Assembly (NCBI GenBank): GCA_963778655.1
Contig: CAVZVA010000009.1
Coordinates: 1,088,001-1,152,000 of the forward strand
DNA: 64,000 bases
From: an uncultured delta proteobacterium
Lineage (GTDB): Bacteria > Myxococcota_A > Polyangia > Polyangiales > JAFGIB01
Reading direction: 5' to 3'
Position numbers and translations under genes: made by a program. Every line of letters begins with the position of its first letter. Position 1 is the first letter of the stretch. The notes beneath the pieces are model-generated. The model was not told the origin of the DNA, made no database searches, and was given only the letters and a program-made list of their open reading frames with translations. Positions 35,996-47,200 of this stretch are shown piece after piece.

Positions 35996-38689
35996 ATGAA
36001 GTACGTACGGGAGTTGATTCACCAGGGCTGTCCGGGGGTTCTGTTCTGGCTCGCGCCGCTGGCGCTGGCCGCAGGTTGTTCGGGGGCCCCGGACAGCCAG
36101 GTTTCCGGTGAGCAAGCCGCGCTGGGTGGCTGGCACCACCATGGCGGGGGCGGATCAGGCGGCGCGTGCGTGGCGCGTGACTCGGCCGACACCACCTGCG
36201 ACGGCGTCGACGACGACTGCGACGGCAAGATCGACGAGGATTGCGACTTCGGTCCGTCCGACTGTCCGGCGGGCTACAACATCATCACCGGGACCGCGCA
36301 CGACGACTTCCTGGTCGGCACGCGCAAGAAGGACTGCATCCTCGGCTACGGCGGCCGCGACGTCATCTTCGGCCTTGCGGGCGATGACCTGCTGGTCGGC
36401 GGGCCCGGCGACGACCTGATCTACGGCTGGCAGGGCGACGACGTCATCCACGGCGGGCCCGGCGACGACCAGCTGTACGGCGGCGAGGGCAACGACACCA
36501 TTTACGGTGACGACGGCAACGACACCATCGACGGTGGCGAGGGCCGTGACACGGTGCACGGCGGCGCCTGCCACGACACGCTGGTCGGCGACGGCGGCCC
36601 CGACGACCTGTTCGGTGACAGCGGCTCCGACCGTATCTACGGCGGGCGCGGTCACGACAACATCGACGGCGGCGACGGCGTGGACGCCTGCGAGGGCAGC
36701 TCGTGCGAGCTTTCCTCCCACGCGCACCGCTGCCGGCGCGACTCCGACTGCGCCTCCGGCACGCGCTGCGTCAAGGCCGTGGGCCTGTGCGTGTCGCCCT
36801 CGGACGTCGCCTTCGACGATACGACCTGCGACGGCGTCGACGACGACTGCGACGGCAAGATCGACGAGGACTGCACGCCCGGGACCGGCACCGACGAGAC
36901 TTGCGACGGCGTCGACGACGACAACGACGGCCAGATCGACGAGGACTACGTCTCGGTCGCGACCAGCTGCGGCATGGGCGCGTGCGCGGCCACCGGCAGC
37001 ACCAGCTGCGTCGGGGGCGCGGTCGTGGACAGCTGTGCGCCGGGAACGCCCGCGGCGGACGACGCCAGCTGCAATGGCGTCGACGACGACTGCGATGGCA
37101 ACGTCGACGAAGAGTTCGCTCCGACCGTGACCAGCTGCGGCGTAGGCGCGTGCGCCAGCACCGGCAGCACCAGCTGCGTGGGCGGCGTGCTCAGCGACAG
37201 CTGCGCGCCGGGCACGCCGGCCGCGAGCGACACCACCTGCGACGGCATCGACGACAACTGCGACGGCACCGCGGACGAGGGCTATGCCCCGGTGGTGACG
37301 ACCTGCGGCGTGGGCGCGTGCGCCAGCACCGGCAGCACCAGCTGCGTGGGTGGTGCCGTGGTGGACAGCTGCAGCCCGGGCACGCCCGGTGGCAGCGACA
37401 CCACCTGCGACGGGATCGACGACAACTGCAACGGTCAGGTCGACGAAGGCTACGTCGGCACCACCACGACCTGCGGCGTGGGCGCGTGCCAGCGCGTGGG
37501 CAGCACCAGCTGCATGGGCGGCGCCGTGGTGGACAGCTGCACGCCGGGTACCCCCGCGCCGAACGACGCCACCTGCGACGGCGTGGACGACAACTGCAAC
37601 GGCGTCAGCGACGAGGACTACGTCCCGACCTGCGTCGGCACCCAGAGCACGTTCTGCTCGGGTGGCAGCGTGCAGACGGTGGAGTGCAGTGACAACGACG
37701 TGTGCAACGGGCAGGAGACCTGCAGCGCGGGCCTGTGCCAGGCGGGCACGCCGCCGGTCATCGACGACGGCGAACCGTGCACCGTCGACAGCTGCGACCC
37801 GGTGCTCGGCGTGAGCCACGTGCACGCGTCGCCAGGCGCCTCGTGCAGCGATGGCAATGTGTGCAACGGTGCCGAGACGTGCCAGCCACCCCACGCGCAG
37901 ATCTGCGCGCCCACGGTGGGCGGGGTGGTCGCGTGGTGGCCGGGCGATGGCAACGCCGACGACGTGATCGGCGGGCTCAACGGCACGCCGCAGAACGGCC
38001 TCACCTTCGCGGCTGCAGAGGTGGACCAGGGCTTCAGCTTCGATGGCGTGGACGACCAGGTCGACCTGTCGGCGCACGCCGCGGCGCTGAACCTCGCGGG
38101 TCAGGCGACGCTCGAGATGTGGGTACGCATTCCGACCGACACCTGCCGCACCATCTTCCACCTGAGCCAGGACGCGACCCACGAGCAGTACCTGCGCGTG
38201 GGCAACGGCTGCGGCGTCACCAACTCGCTGGTGATGTGGACCTACGTCAACGGCGGCACCACCCAGACCGCCACCGTGACTGCCTCCGGCTCGGGGCGCT
38301 CGGTCCTGATCGACCCGGGGCGCTTCCACCACCTGGCCCTCACCTTCAGCGGCAGCGGCGCTGTTCCGCTGGTCTACATCGATGGAATGCCGCGCACCGC
38401 CGGTGCGTCGCCGGGCACCACCGCCGCCGGCCAGTGGGGCGGTTTCCCGAGCCCGGTCACCGCGACCCTCGGCTCGCACTCCGGCACGCAGTACTTCCAG
38501 GGCATGATGGATGAGATCACGCTCTACGATCACGTGCTGACCCAGTCGCAGATCCAGCTCATCTACAACGTGTTCGGCGGCGGCAAGTGCAAGCCCACCG
38601 TGTGCACCGCCGGCTCGCCACCCGGAGCCGGCTATCCCTGCGGCAACGGCGGCCAGTGCGACGGCGCCAGCATGTGCATCGAGCCGTGA
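35996..38689 (+). CDS. Surface lipoprotein with RTX-type Ca-binding repeats, Cys-rich CDGxDDxCDG repeats and a LamG/ConA-like domain
   Basis: LALAAGC lipobox. GGxGxDxL nonapeptides. 56-aa tandem units. C-terminal AWWPGDG, FSFDG, FHHLALT and FQGMMDEITLYD. Confidence 0.82.
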   Translation: MKYVRELIHQGCPGVLFWLAPLALAAGCSGAPDSQVSGEQAALGGWHHHGGGGSGGACVARDSADTTCDGVDDDCDGKIDEDCDFGPSDCPAGYNIITGTAHDDFLVGTRKKDCILGYGGRDVIFGLAGDDLLVGGPGDDLIYGWQGDDVIHGGPGDDQLYGGEGNDTIYGDDGNDTIDGGEGRDTVHGGACHDTLVGDGGPDDLFGDSGSDRIYGGRGHDNIDGGDGVDACEGSSCELSSHAHRCRRDSDCASGTRCVKAVGLCVSPSDVAFDDTTCDGVDDDCDGKIDEDCTPGTGTDETCDGVDDDNDGQIDEDYVSVATSCGMGACAATGSTSCVGGAVVDSCAPGTPAADDASCNGVDDDCDGNVDEEFAPTVTSCGVGACASTGSTSCVGGVLSDSCAPGTPAASDTTCDGIDDNCDGTADEGYAPVVTTCGVGACASTGSTSCVGGAVVDSCSPGTPGGSDTTCDGIDDNCNGQVDEGYVGTTTTCGVGACQRVGSTSCMGGAVVDSCTPGTPAPNDATCDGVDDNCNGVSDEDYVPTCVGTQSTFCSGGSVQTVECSDNDVCNGQETCSAGLCQAGTPPVIDDGEPCTVDSCDPVLGVSHVHASPGASCSDGNVCNGAETCQPPHAQICAPTVGGVVAWWPGDGNADDVIGGLNGTPQNGLTFAAAEVDQGFSFDGVDDQVDLSAHAAALNLAGQATLEMWVRIPTDTCRTIFHLSQDATHEQYLRVGNGCGVTNSLVMWTYVNGGTTQTATVTASGSGRSVLIDPGRFHHLALTFSGSGAVPLVYIDGMPRTAGASPGTTAAGQWGGFPSPVTATLGSHSGTQYFQGMMDEITLYDHVLTQSQIQLIYNVFGGGKCKPTVCTAGSPPGAGYPCGNGGQCDGASMCIEP
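36899..37620 (+). repeat. Intragenic 168-bp tandem repeat (4 full units plus a partial)
   Basis: Unit starts at 36899, 37067, 37235, 37403 and 37571. Confidence 0.85.
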
Positions 38690-38772
38690 CGTGGATCGGC
38701 TCCTGCGGGAGCCGACGGCGCGAGGACGGGAAGCAGCGGTGACGACCGCCTGCTGCTTCCCGGCTTCGCTTT

Positions 38773-40080
38773 TCAGGCCAGGAACGCGTCGAGCACCTTC
38801 TGCATCGAGCCGACGTCCGCGGTGGCGGCCATCTCGCGCACCGAGTGCATCGACAGCAGTGGGCTGCCGACGTCGACCGTGCGTAGGCCCACGCGTCCGG
38901 CGGTGATCGGTCCGATCGTGCTGCCGCAGGCCAGGTCCGAGCGGCTGACGAAGTACTGCGGCGTGACGCCCACCGAGCGGCACAGCAGCGCGAAGCGGCT
39001 GATCGTCTCTGCGTCGCTGGCGTAGGCCTGGGCCGCGTTGCTCTTGATCACTGGGCCCTTGCCTAGCAGCGGGCGGTGCCCGGGCTCGTGCTTCTCCGCG
39101 TAGTTGGGGTGCAGGGCGTGGGCCATGTCGGCGGAGATCAGCAGCGAGCGTGCGACCGCGCGCGCCAGCGCCTCGGGCGCGCCGGCGATCCTGCCGAGCA
39201 GGTCGTGCAAGAAGGGCGACATCGCGCCCTGCGCGCTCTGGCTGCCCACCTCCTCGTGGTCGTAGAGCACGATGCCGCGGGTCTCGGCGCGCGCGGCCGT
39301 CGCGCCGCACAGCGCCCGCACCGCGGCGTAGCAGCTGGCGAGGTTGTCGAGCCGCGGCGCCAGGATCAGCTCATCGTCAAGGCCCGCCAGGGTGGCCGGT
39401 TGGACGTCGTAAAGGCACAGGTCGAAGGCGACCACCCGCGCCGGATCGCAGTCGACTCCGGCCCGCTGCAGCTCGGCGCAGAGCAGCGACGCGAGTCTCG
39501 GCTCGCGCCCGGGCTGCTCGGCTTCGAGCCCGAGAATCGGCACCATGTGGGTCTGCGCATTGAGCTTGAGCCCTTCGCTGTTGACGCCGCGGTTGAGGTG
39601 AATCGCCAGGTTGGGAATCCGCAGCAAGGGCCGTCGGAAGTCGACCAGGTGGCTCCTACCACTCGCCGTGCCGTCGTCGATCACCACGCGGCCGGCGAGC
39701 GAGAGGTCGCGATCGAGCCAGGTGTGGAGCAGCAAGCCGCCGTAGGGCTCCACCGCGAGCTGGTGGTAGCCGCAGCTGGTGATCTCGGGCTGCGGCTTGA
39801 CCCTCAGGTTGGGGGAGTCGGTGTGCGCGCCGATCAGCAGGAAGCCGGCCTCGGCCGGCGGCTTTTCGCCGAGCACGAAGGCTGCCAAGCTGGATCCCGC
39901 CCGGATCACGTAGAAGCGTCCGGGAACGCTCAGGGACCAGGAGTCGCTCTCGCGCAGGCGCACGAAGCCGTGCGCTTCCAGCCGGCGGGCCACCTCCGCC
40001 ACCGCGTGATACGGGGTCGGCGAGGCGTCGATCAGCGCGAGCAGATCGTGAGCGGGATTCGACGGGCTGGTGTCGGGCAT
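38773..40080 (-). CDS. M18-family (aspartyl) aminopeptidase
   Basis: SPTPYHAV, GAHTDSP, WLDRDL, LDNL, DHEEVGS, SADMAH, CGSTIGP and LSMHSVRE. ATG 40080. Confidence 0.93.
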   Translation of the reverse strand: MPDTSPSNPAHDLLALIDASPTPYHAVAEVARRLEAHGFVRLRESDSWSLSVPGRFYVIRAGSSLAAFVLGEKPPAEAGFLLIGAHTDSPNLRVKPQPEITSCGYHQLAVEPYGGLLLHTWLDRDLSLAGRVVIDDGTASGRSHLVDFRRPLLRIPNLAIHLNRGVNSEGLKLNAQTHMVPILGLEAEQPGREPRLASLLCAELQRAGVDCDPARVVAFDLCLYDVQPATLAGLDDELILAPRLDNLASCYAAVRALCGATAARAETRGIVLYDHEEVGSQSAQGAMSPFLHDLLGRIAGAPEALARAVARSLLISADMAHALHPNYAEKHEPGHRPLLGKGPVIKSNAAQAYASDAETISRFALLCRSVGVTPQYFVSRSDLACGSTIGPITAGRVGLRTVDVGSPLLSMHSVREMAATADVGSMQKVLDAFLA

Positions 40081-40240
40081 GGGGCGAGCATATGCGCTTC
40101 CGGCGTGCGCTTCGCGAGCCGGCGGCGCGCTGGGGTCCGCGCTGTAGCTTTTCGCCTCGGATGGGCGGTTCCTCACATGCGGCCTAGGGCCGGCGCGGTT
40201 TCTGGGTTATACAGAGCGCCCAATTCGAAGGAGTGATGCA

Positions 40241-41056
40241 ATGCCCAGCTTGGCCGCCTTGCTTCTGGCCACGCCGGTGTTCGGCTTTGCGCTGCAGCCG
40301 CCGAGCATCCAGCCGATGCTCGACTTCGGCGTTCACGGGATCGCCGCTGATGTGCGCAGCGTCGCTGCGGCCAGCCTGCAGGCCGCGGACGCGACGGCCG
40401 CCGGTGCCTCGGCCGACGCAGACGCCGACGAAGACGCGTCCTCATCCGGCGACGCTGCGAAAGCGGACGACGCCAAGGGCGGCGATGCCAAGGCCGACGA
40501 CGCCAAGGCCGAGCGCGCGCGCTACAAGGAGGAAGTCCACCGGCGCAACGCCCTGATCGCGATCCACCGGCCGCTCGGAATCGCCACCTGGGCTGCCATG
40601 ACCGTAACCGAAGTGCTTGGATTCATTCAGTATTATAACTTGTACGGATTCTTCGCGAGCGAGGGCAGCAACCCCTGCGTACGCGGGACCGCGGTCTTCG
40701 GCCAGAGCCAGTGCACGGGCATACCGTGGCCGCACCTGCTGGCGGCCAGCGTGACCACGGGGTTGTACGCGACGACCTTCACCGTCTCGCTGATGATGCC
40801 CGACCCCGACGACCTCGCGCACGCCAAGGGCGAGTTCGCCAGCACCTTGCGCATGCACAAGCTGCTGCGCTGGGTCCACTTCGGTGGGATGGTGGCGCAG
40901 CTGCTGCTGGGCGTCGTGATCGCGAACGCCAACTGGTTCGGCCTGAGTCGGGCCAATGACTACAAGACGCTGCAGGCGCTCGCCACCGTTCACCTAGGCA
41001 CCGGCCTGGTTACCTACGGCGCGCTGACGTGGGCCGGCGCGCTGATGACCTTCTGA
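40241..41056 (+). CDS. Secreted/membrane protein with four His-bearing TM helices (cytochrome b561-like pattern)
   Basis: Signal peptide and acidic Ala linker. IHRPLG, PHLLAA, MHKLLRWVHF and TVHLGTG. AAGGAG SD. Confidence 0.65.
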   Translation: MPSLAALLLATPVFGFALQPPSIQPMLDFGVHGIAADVRSVAAASLQAADATAAGASADADADEDASSSGDAAKADDAKGGDAKADDAKAERARYKEEVHRRNALIAIHRPLGIATWAAMTVTEVLGFIQYYNLYGFFASEGSNPCVRGTAVFGQSQCTGIPWPHLLAASVTTGLYATTFTVSLMMPDPDDLAHAKGEFASTLRMHKLLRWVHFGGMVAQLLLGVVIANANWFGLSRANDYKTLQALATVHLGTGLVTYGALTWAGALMTF

Positions 41057-41228
41057 GCCGCGAATCGGCCGCGCGAGCACCGCGCCGCGCCAGGTTTCTC
41101 GTGGACAATTCTCCGCTTGCCGCGCGCGTTTCGCGCCGGTACCATCGCCGAACGCCAAGCCGGCAAATCCATTGGGGATTGTCGCCGGGTTGAGACCTCG
41201 GGGAGCTGTGGCGAACTCGCCTTCGGAC

Positions 41229-44200
41229 ATGGGTGTGGTCGACGCGCGAGCCGCGAGTGAGAAGGGCCGGTCGAGCGAACCGCTCAAGCTCTCGAACTAC
41301 CTCGGCATCCTGCGCGACGATCCCGAGGACGAATCGGCACACGAGGCGCTCAAGGCGCTGGCCGACACCCGCGATCCGGAGCGACTCGGCGATCAACCGG
41401 TACGCCTGCTCGAGGCCGCGCGCCAGGCGCACGAGGCCAAGGGCGAGCTGTCGGCGGTGGCGCGCCTGATCGAGGTCGAGGCGCTGCTGATCGACGGCGA
41501 CCAGGCGTTTGCCACCAGCCTGTGGAAGGAGCTGGGGCGGCTGCGCGGTGACGAGTTGCTCGACGCCCAGGGCGCGCGCCAGGCCTACGATAACGCGTTG
41601 CGTCTGACGCCGGAGGACAGCGAGGCGCTCGAGGGACGCAAGCGGCTGGAGCAGGCCGAGAAGAGCTGGCGCAAGTTCGCCAAACGCTTCACCGAGGAGG
41701 CCGAGGGCGCGAGCGAGACCTCGCTCAAGGCGTCGCTCTTGCTGCGCGCCGCCGCGCTGGTGTGGCAGTACAGGAAGAAGGGGCGCGAGGAGGAGGCGGA
41801 CAACCTGTTCCGCGCGGCGCTGCAAGCGGAGCCGGGCAACCGGCGCGCGGTTCTGCTGTACGAGCACTCGCTGCGCTTGCGCAAGAGCTGGGGCCCACTG
41901 GCGGAGCTGTTGCTCGAATCGGCCGAGCAGGCTCGCGACAAGAGCGATCAGGTGAGCCTCTACACACGCGCCGGTCGAGTCGCGCTCAGGCGCCTCGATG
42001 ACGAGGCGCGCGCCGCGGCGTGTTACGAGCGCGTGCTCGACCTCGAGCCGAGCAACGCCGAGGCGATGGCGTTCCTGTCCGAGCACTACACCAAGCAGGC
42101 GCGCTGGGACGATCTGGTGGCGATGTACGAGCAGGCGCTGTCGGTGCGCCACAAGCTCGAGGTCGAGCAAGGCATCCTGCTGCAGATCGGCATGGTGCAC
42201 TGGCGCATGCGCGAGCGCCCAAAAGACGCCGAGCTCTACTTCGCGCGCCTGCGCAAGCTCAACCCCGGCCACCCGGCGGTGCTCGACTTCTACCGCGAGT
42301 ACTACGCGCGGCCCGACCGCGCCGAGAAGTGGCTCGCGGTGGTGGCCGACGCGCAGCGCGTGGCCGCCGACGACCGGCAGAAGCTGGAGCTCGCGCTGGT
42401 GCTGGCGCGCGCCGCGCAGGAGCAACCCGAGCTCAAGGACCGCGCGATCGACGCCTGGCGCCTGGTGCAACGGCTCGATCCGGGCAACCGCGAGGCGCTG
42501 TCCGCGCTCAAGGGCCTGTACCTGCGCTCGGAGAAGTGGAACGCGCTGGCCGACGTAACCAAGGCCGAGATCGAGGCGACGCCCGACGAGGACGTCGCCG
42601 ACAAGGTGGCGCTGCTGCGCGAGCTGCTGGCGATCTACCGCGATCGCCTGCACATGGACGGCATGGTGATCAGCACGCTCGGGCGCATCGTCAAGCTCAC
42701 GCCGGGCGACCGCGACGCGCTGGGCGAGCTCGCCACCAAGTACGAGAGCGCGGGCCGCTTCAACGACCTGATCAACGTGCTGACCGAGCGCGCCGACGCG
42801 CTCTCGGACCCGACCGAGAAGGTCGAGGCCTACCTGCGTGTCGCCCAGCTCTGGATCGAGCGCTTTGCCAACTACAGCCAGGCAACCACGCCGCTGGAGA
42901 AGGTGCTGCAGATCGATTCCAACAACCGCGAGGCGCTCTCGCAGCTGAAGGATATCTACGAAAAGAAGCGCGCGTGGAAGCAGCTCTACGAAGTGCTGCG
43001 CAAAGAGAAGGCGGTGGCCAGCGATCCCGGTGTGCGGTTGGCCAACACGATCGAGATGGCCAAGCTCGCCGCCGACCGTTTGCAGGGCTACGCCGAGGCG
43101 ATCGCGCTGTGGAAGGAGGCGCTCGAGCTCGATCCGCGCGCGCCCGGCGCGGCCGAGGCGCTGGAGAAGTTGGCCGAAGGCGAGAAGGACTTCGACACGC
43201 TGGTGGCGGTGCTGGAGACCGAGCTGGCGCAGGCCGGCAACGACGAGACGCGTATCCGCGTGTTGCAGAAGCTCGCGCTGCTGCACGGCGAGCGGCTGGG
43301 GCAGACCGAGGAGGCGACCCAGTGCTGGCGCCGCATCCTGAAGCTCGAGCCCAAGCACGGCCGCGCGCTGCGCGCGGTGCGCGACGCGCTGCTCAAGGCG
43401 CAGGACTGGGACGAGCTCACCGATCTCTACGCAAGCGTGCGCGACTTCGAGGGCCTGGTGGACGTGCTCTCGCACGAGGCCGACGAGGCGATGGATTCGC
43501 GCTCCAAGATCGACCTCAGCTTCCGCGCGGCGCGCGTGTTCGAGCAGGACGTCGGCGACCCTTCGCGCGCGGCGCGCAGCTACGAGCGCGTGCTCTCGGT
43601 CGATCCCAGCAACGCCAAGGCCGCGGCGGCACTGGCGGCGATCTACGAGCAAGACGCCAAGTGGACCCGGCTGCGCGCGATGCTCGACGTGCTCTTGCAG
43701 GCGGCGGCCGACGAGGGCCAGCAGCTGGCCTTGCTCGGGCGGCTGCGCGAGCTGTGTCAGACGACGCTGCGTGACGGCGAGGCCACATTCGGCTACGCCG
43801 CGCGCGCTTACCGGCTCGCGCCCGGCTCCGAGCAGGTGCGCGGCGCGCTCGAGTCCGCGGCCGAGTCCGCCGCGGCATTCGATCGCGTGCTCGAGCTGTA
43901 TCTGGAGCGTGCGGAGAAGGCGAGCGCGACCGAGGCGGGGCTGCTGCGCCGGCGAATCGCCGCGATTGCGCTCGACAGGCTGGGGCAGAACGCGATCGCC
44001 GTCGAGCAGCTGCGCAGGCTGCTCGAGGCCGAGCCGGAGGCGGCCGACATCGCCGCCCAGCTCGAGAAGATTTATCGCGGCGAGCAGCGGACCGCGGACC
44101 TGCACGGCCTGCTGCTGCACAGGCTCGAGCACGCGAGCGATCCCGCGCTGCGCTGGACCACGCTCAAGGAGCTGGCTCAGATCGAGGACGAGGTGCTTTC

Positions 44201-47200
44201 GGATGCGGCGGCGGCCGCCGCCCATTACCGGGCGATGTCGGAGATCGACCCGAGCGACCGCAACGTGCTGACGGCGCGCGATCGGCTGGCCAGCGCGGCC
44301 GAGCGCTGGGACGAGCTTTCGGAGGTGCTGCAGGCGCGGCTCGAGGTCGAGCAGGAAACGCCCGCGCGCATCGAGCTCGGCGCGCGCCTGGGGTTGCTGT
44401 TGCTCGACCGGCTCGATCAGCCGGAGCGGGCGCTGGCGGCGTTCGAGCAGGTGCTGGAGCAGGATGGTATGCACGGGCCGAGCGTGGCCGCGGTCGAGCG
44501 CCTGGCCGAGCAGCACGAGACGCTTTCGCCGCGCGCCGGACGCGTGCTCGAGCGCGTGTACGAGCAGAGCGGCCGCTACGACAAGTTGCTCAAGGTGCTG
44601 GAGAAGCGCCTCAAGGGCGAGAAGCAGGACGACGAGGTGCGGCGGCTGCGGCTGCGCGTGGCGGAGATCAGCGGCCAGAAGCTGGGCGACGCGATGGGCG
44701 CGTACGGCGCGCTGGAGGCGGCCTTCTTCGAGCAGCCGCAGGACCGCGAGCTGTGGGACCGCCTGAGCGACGCCGCCGAGAGCGCCGGCCAGCAGCGCGC
44801 GCTGGCCGCGGCCTACGCGACGGCGCTCGAGGCCGGTGACCTGGGCGAGGAGGATCGGCTGGAGCTGGCGATTCGCGCCGCGCGCTTGCACGACGAGGTG
44901 CTGGGCCAGCCCGAGGAGGCCGAGCCTTTCCACACCCGCATCCTGCGCGCCGACCCGCTCAACGACGCTTCGTTCGCCGCGCTCAAGGAGCTGTACACCG
45001 TCGGCGAGCGCTGGGAGGAGCTGCAGGCGCTCTACCGCAAGCGCATCGCGGACACGGTGGACGCCGACAGCAAGCTCGATCTGCTGCTGCAGCTGTGCTT
45101 CCTATTCGAGGAGATCCTCGACCGGCCCGACCAGGCGATCGAGTCGTACCAGCAGGTGTTGGCGCTGTCGCCCGACCACGGCGCGGCCCGCAGGACGCTG
45201 GAGCGGCTGTACGAGCGCACCGAGCGCTGGCGAGACCTGAGCGAGCTGCTGCGCGGCAACCTCGATCGCGCCGAGGGCCAGGAGCGCATCGACTTGATGC
45301 TGCGTTTGGGAGAGCTGTACGAGACGCGCCTGAGCGAGCCCGGCGACGCCGTCGACCAGTACGAGGGCGTGCTGGCCGAGCAGCCCCATCAGCTGCGCGC
45401 ACAGGAAGCGCTCTCGCGCTTGCTGGGCGTGGAGACCCAGCGCCAGCGCATCGCCGCCATTCTCGAGCCCCTTTACGAGAAGCAGGGCGCCTACCGCGAT
45501 CTGGCCAGCGTGCTCGAGATCCAGCTCGAGGATCGCGAGCGCGAGCGCTCGGCGGCCGCGGATCTGCTGCTGCGTATCGGCGAGCTCTACGAGCACAAGA
45601 CCCGCGACATGGACGCTGCGTTCGCGGCCTATGCGCGCGCGGTCGAGGCGGAACCGGGCCACGACGCGGCGCGACAGGCGTTGGCTCGCGTGGCGAGCAG
45701 CCGCGAGACCTTCCGCCGCCAGCGCGCACAGGTGCTGCAGCGCGCGCTCGACGGGCTCAAGGACGAGATCGTGCTTCAGGTCGACCTGCTGCTCGAGCTG
45801 GCTTCGCTGCTCGACCAGTACCTCGGCGACAAGGACGGGGCCGAACGCGCCTACGAGCGCCTGATCGAGATCGACCCGGACAATCACGACGCGGTGCTGG
45901 TGGCGGCGCGGGCGCTCGAGGCCATCCACCTGGCCAAGCAGGATCACGGCCGGCTCGCGAATGACCTCAAGCTCCAGATCGAGATCGAGACCGACTCCGC
46001 GCTGCGCGGCCAGCTGTTGGTGCGGCTGGCGGAGCTGTGCGAGAGCACGCTCGATGCGCCGGATGAGGCGATCGCGGCGCACAAGAAGCGCCTGGAGATC
46101 GACCCTGGCGACATCGACGCGCTGCGCGCGCTGGAACGGCTGTACGAGCGCACTGAGCACTGGGCCGAGCTGGTGGACACGCTGCGCGCGCACGCCGACC
46201 ACAGCACGGAGGAAGCCCAACGGCGCGCGCTTGCCCGGCGTGCGGCCAGCTTGCGAGACGAGCGGCTGAAGGACGTCGACGGCGCGATCGCGGGCTACAA
46301 CGAAGTGCTGCAGAGCTTCGGCCCGGACCGCGACACGCTGCGGGCCGTCGGGGCCCTCTACGAGCGCACTGAACGCTACGCTGACCTGCTCGAGACACTG
46401 CTGCAGGAAGAGGGCCTGACCGAGGATGCCGCGGCACGCGCCCAGCTCCAGTTCCGCATGGCCGAGCTGATGCGGCTGCACACCGGAGACATCGAGCGCG
46501 CGCTCGATTGTTACGACGCGGTGCTGACCTTCGAGCCCGGTCACGCCGCCAGCCTGGCCGCGCTCGACTCGCTGATGAACGACACCACCTCCGAGCACCG
46601 GCTGGAGGCCGCGCGCCTAGCCGCGCCGCGCTACGAGGCCAGCGGCTCGTTCGAGCAGTTGCTCGGCGTGCTGGAGGTGCAGCAGGACGCCAGCGACCCG
46701 ACCGACAAGCTGATCGCGTTGCGGCGCGCGGCCGAGGTCGCGGATCTGGGGCTGCGCGATTCGGGCCGAGCCTTCAGCTACATGGCGCGGGCGTTGCGCG
46801 TGGCCGCCGGGGAGCCGGCGCTGCACGAGCTGCTGCCCGAGCTCGACCGCCTGGCGGAGAGCTCGGGCCGCTTCGGCGACTACGTCGCGCTGCTGCGAGA
46901 GATCGTGCCCGAGGTCTACGACGGCGAGCTGCGGCCCGAGATCCAGCGCCGGATCGCCCGCGCCGCGCGCGCGCGCCTTCAGGACTCGGCGGCTGCGCTC
47001 GAGCACTATGGCAAGCTGCTCGAGGATCTGCCCGAGGACGCCGAGGCGCTGGACGCGGTCGAGGCCTTGAACGAGGCGGCCGGCGACTACCGCGGACTGA
47101 TCGCGGTGCTCAAGCGCAAGGCGGAGCTCGCGCGTGAGCCGGCCACGCGCTGGCAACTGCTGGCGCGGCAGGCCGAGATCTACGAGCGCCGGCTCGAGCA

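Noticed and set aside
36899..37620. Regularly spaced repeats as a possible CRISPR array
   Set aside because: The units are in-frame 168-bp coding repeats without unique spacers, and no cas genes are present.
36155..39310. 1051-aa minus-strand ORF
   Set aside because: Antisense shadow of the repeat-rich lipoprotein, and it overlaps the M18 peptidase out of frame.
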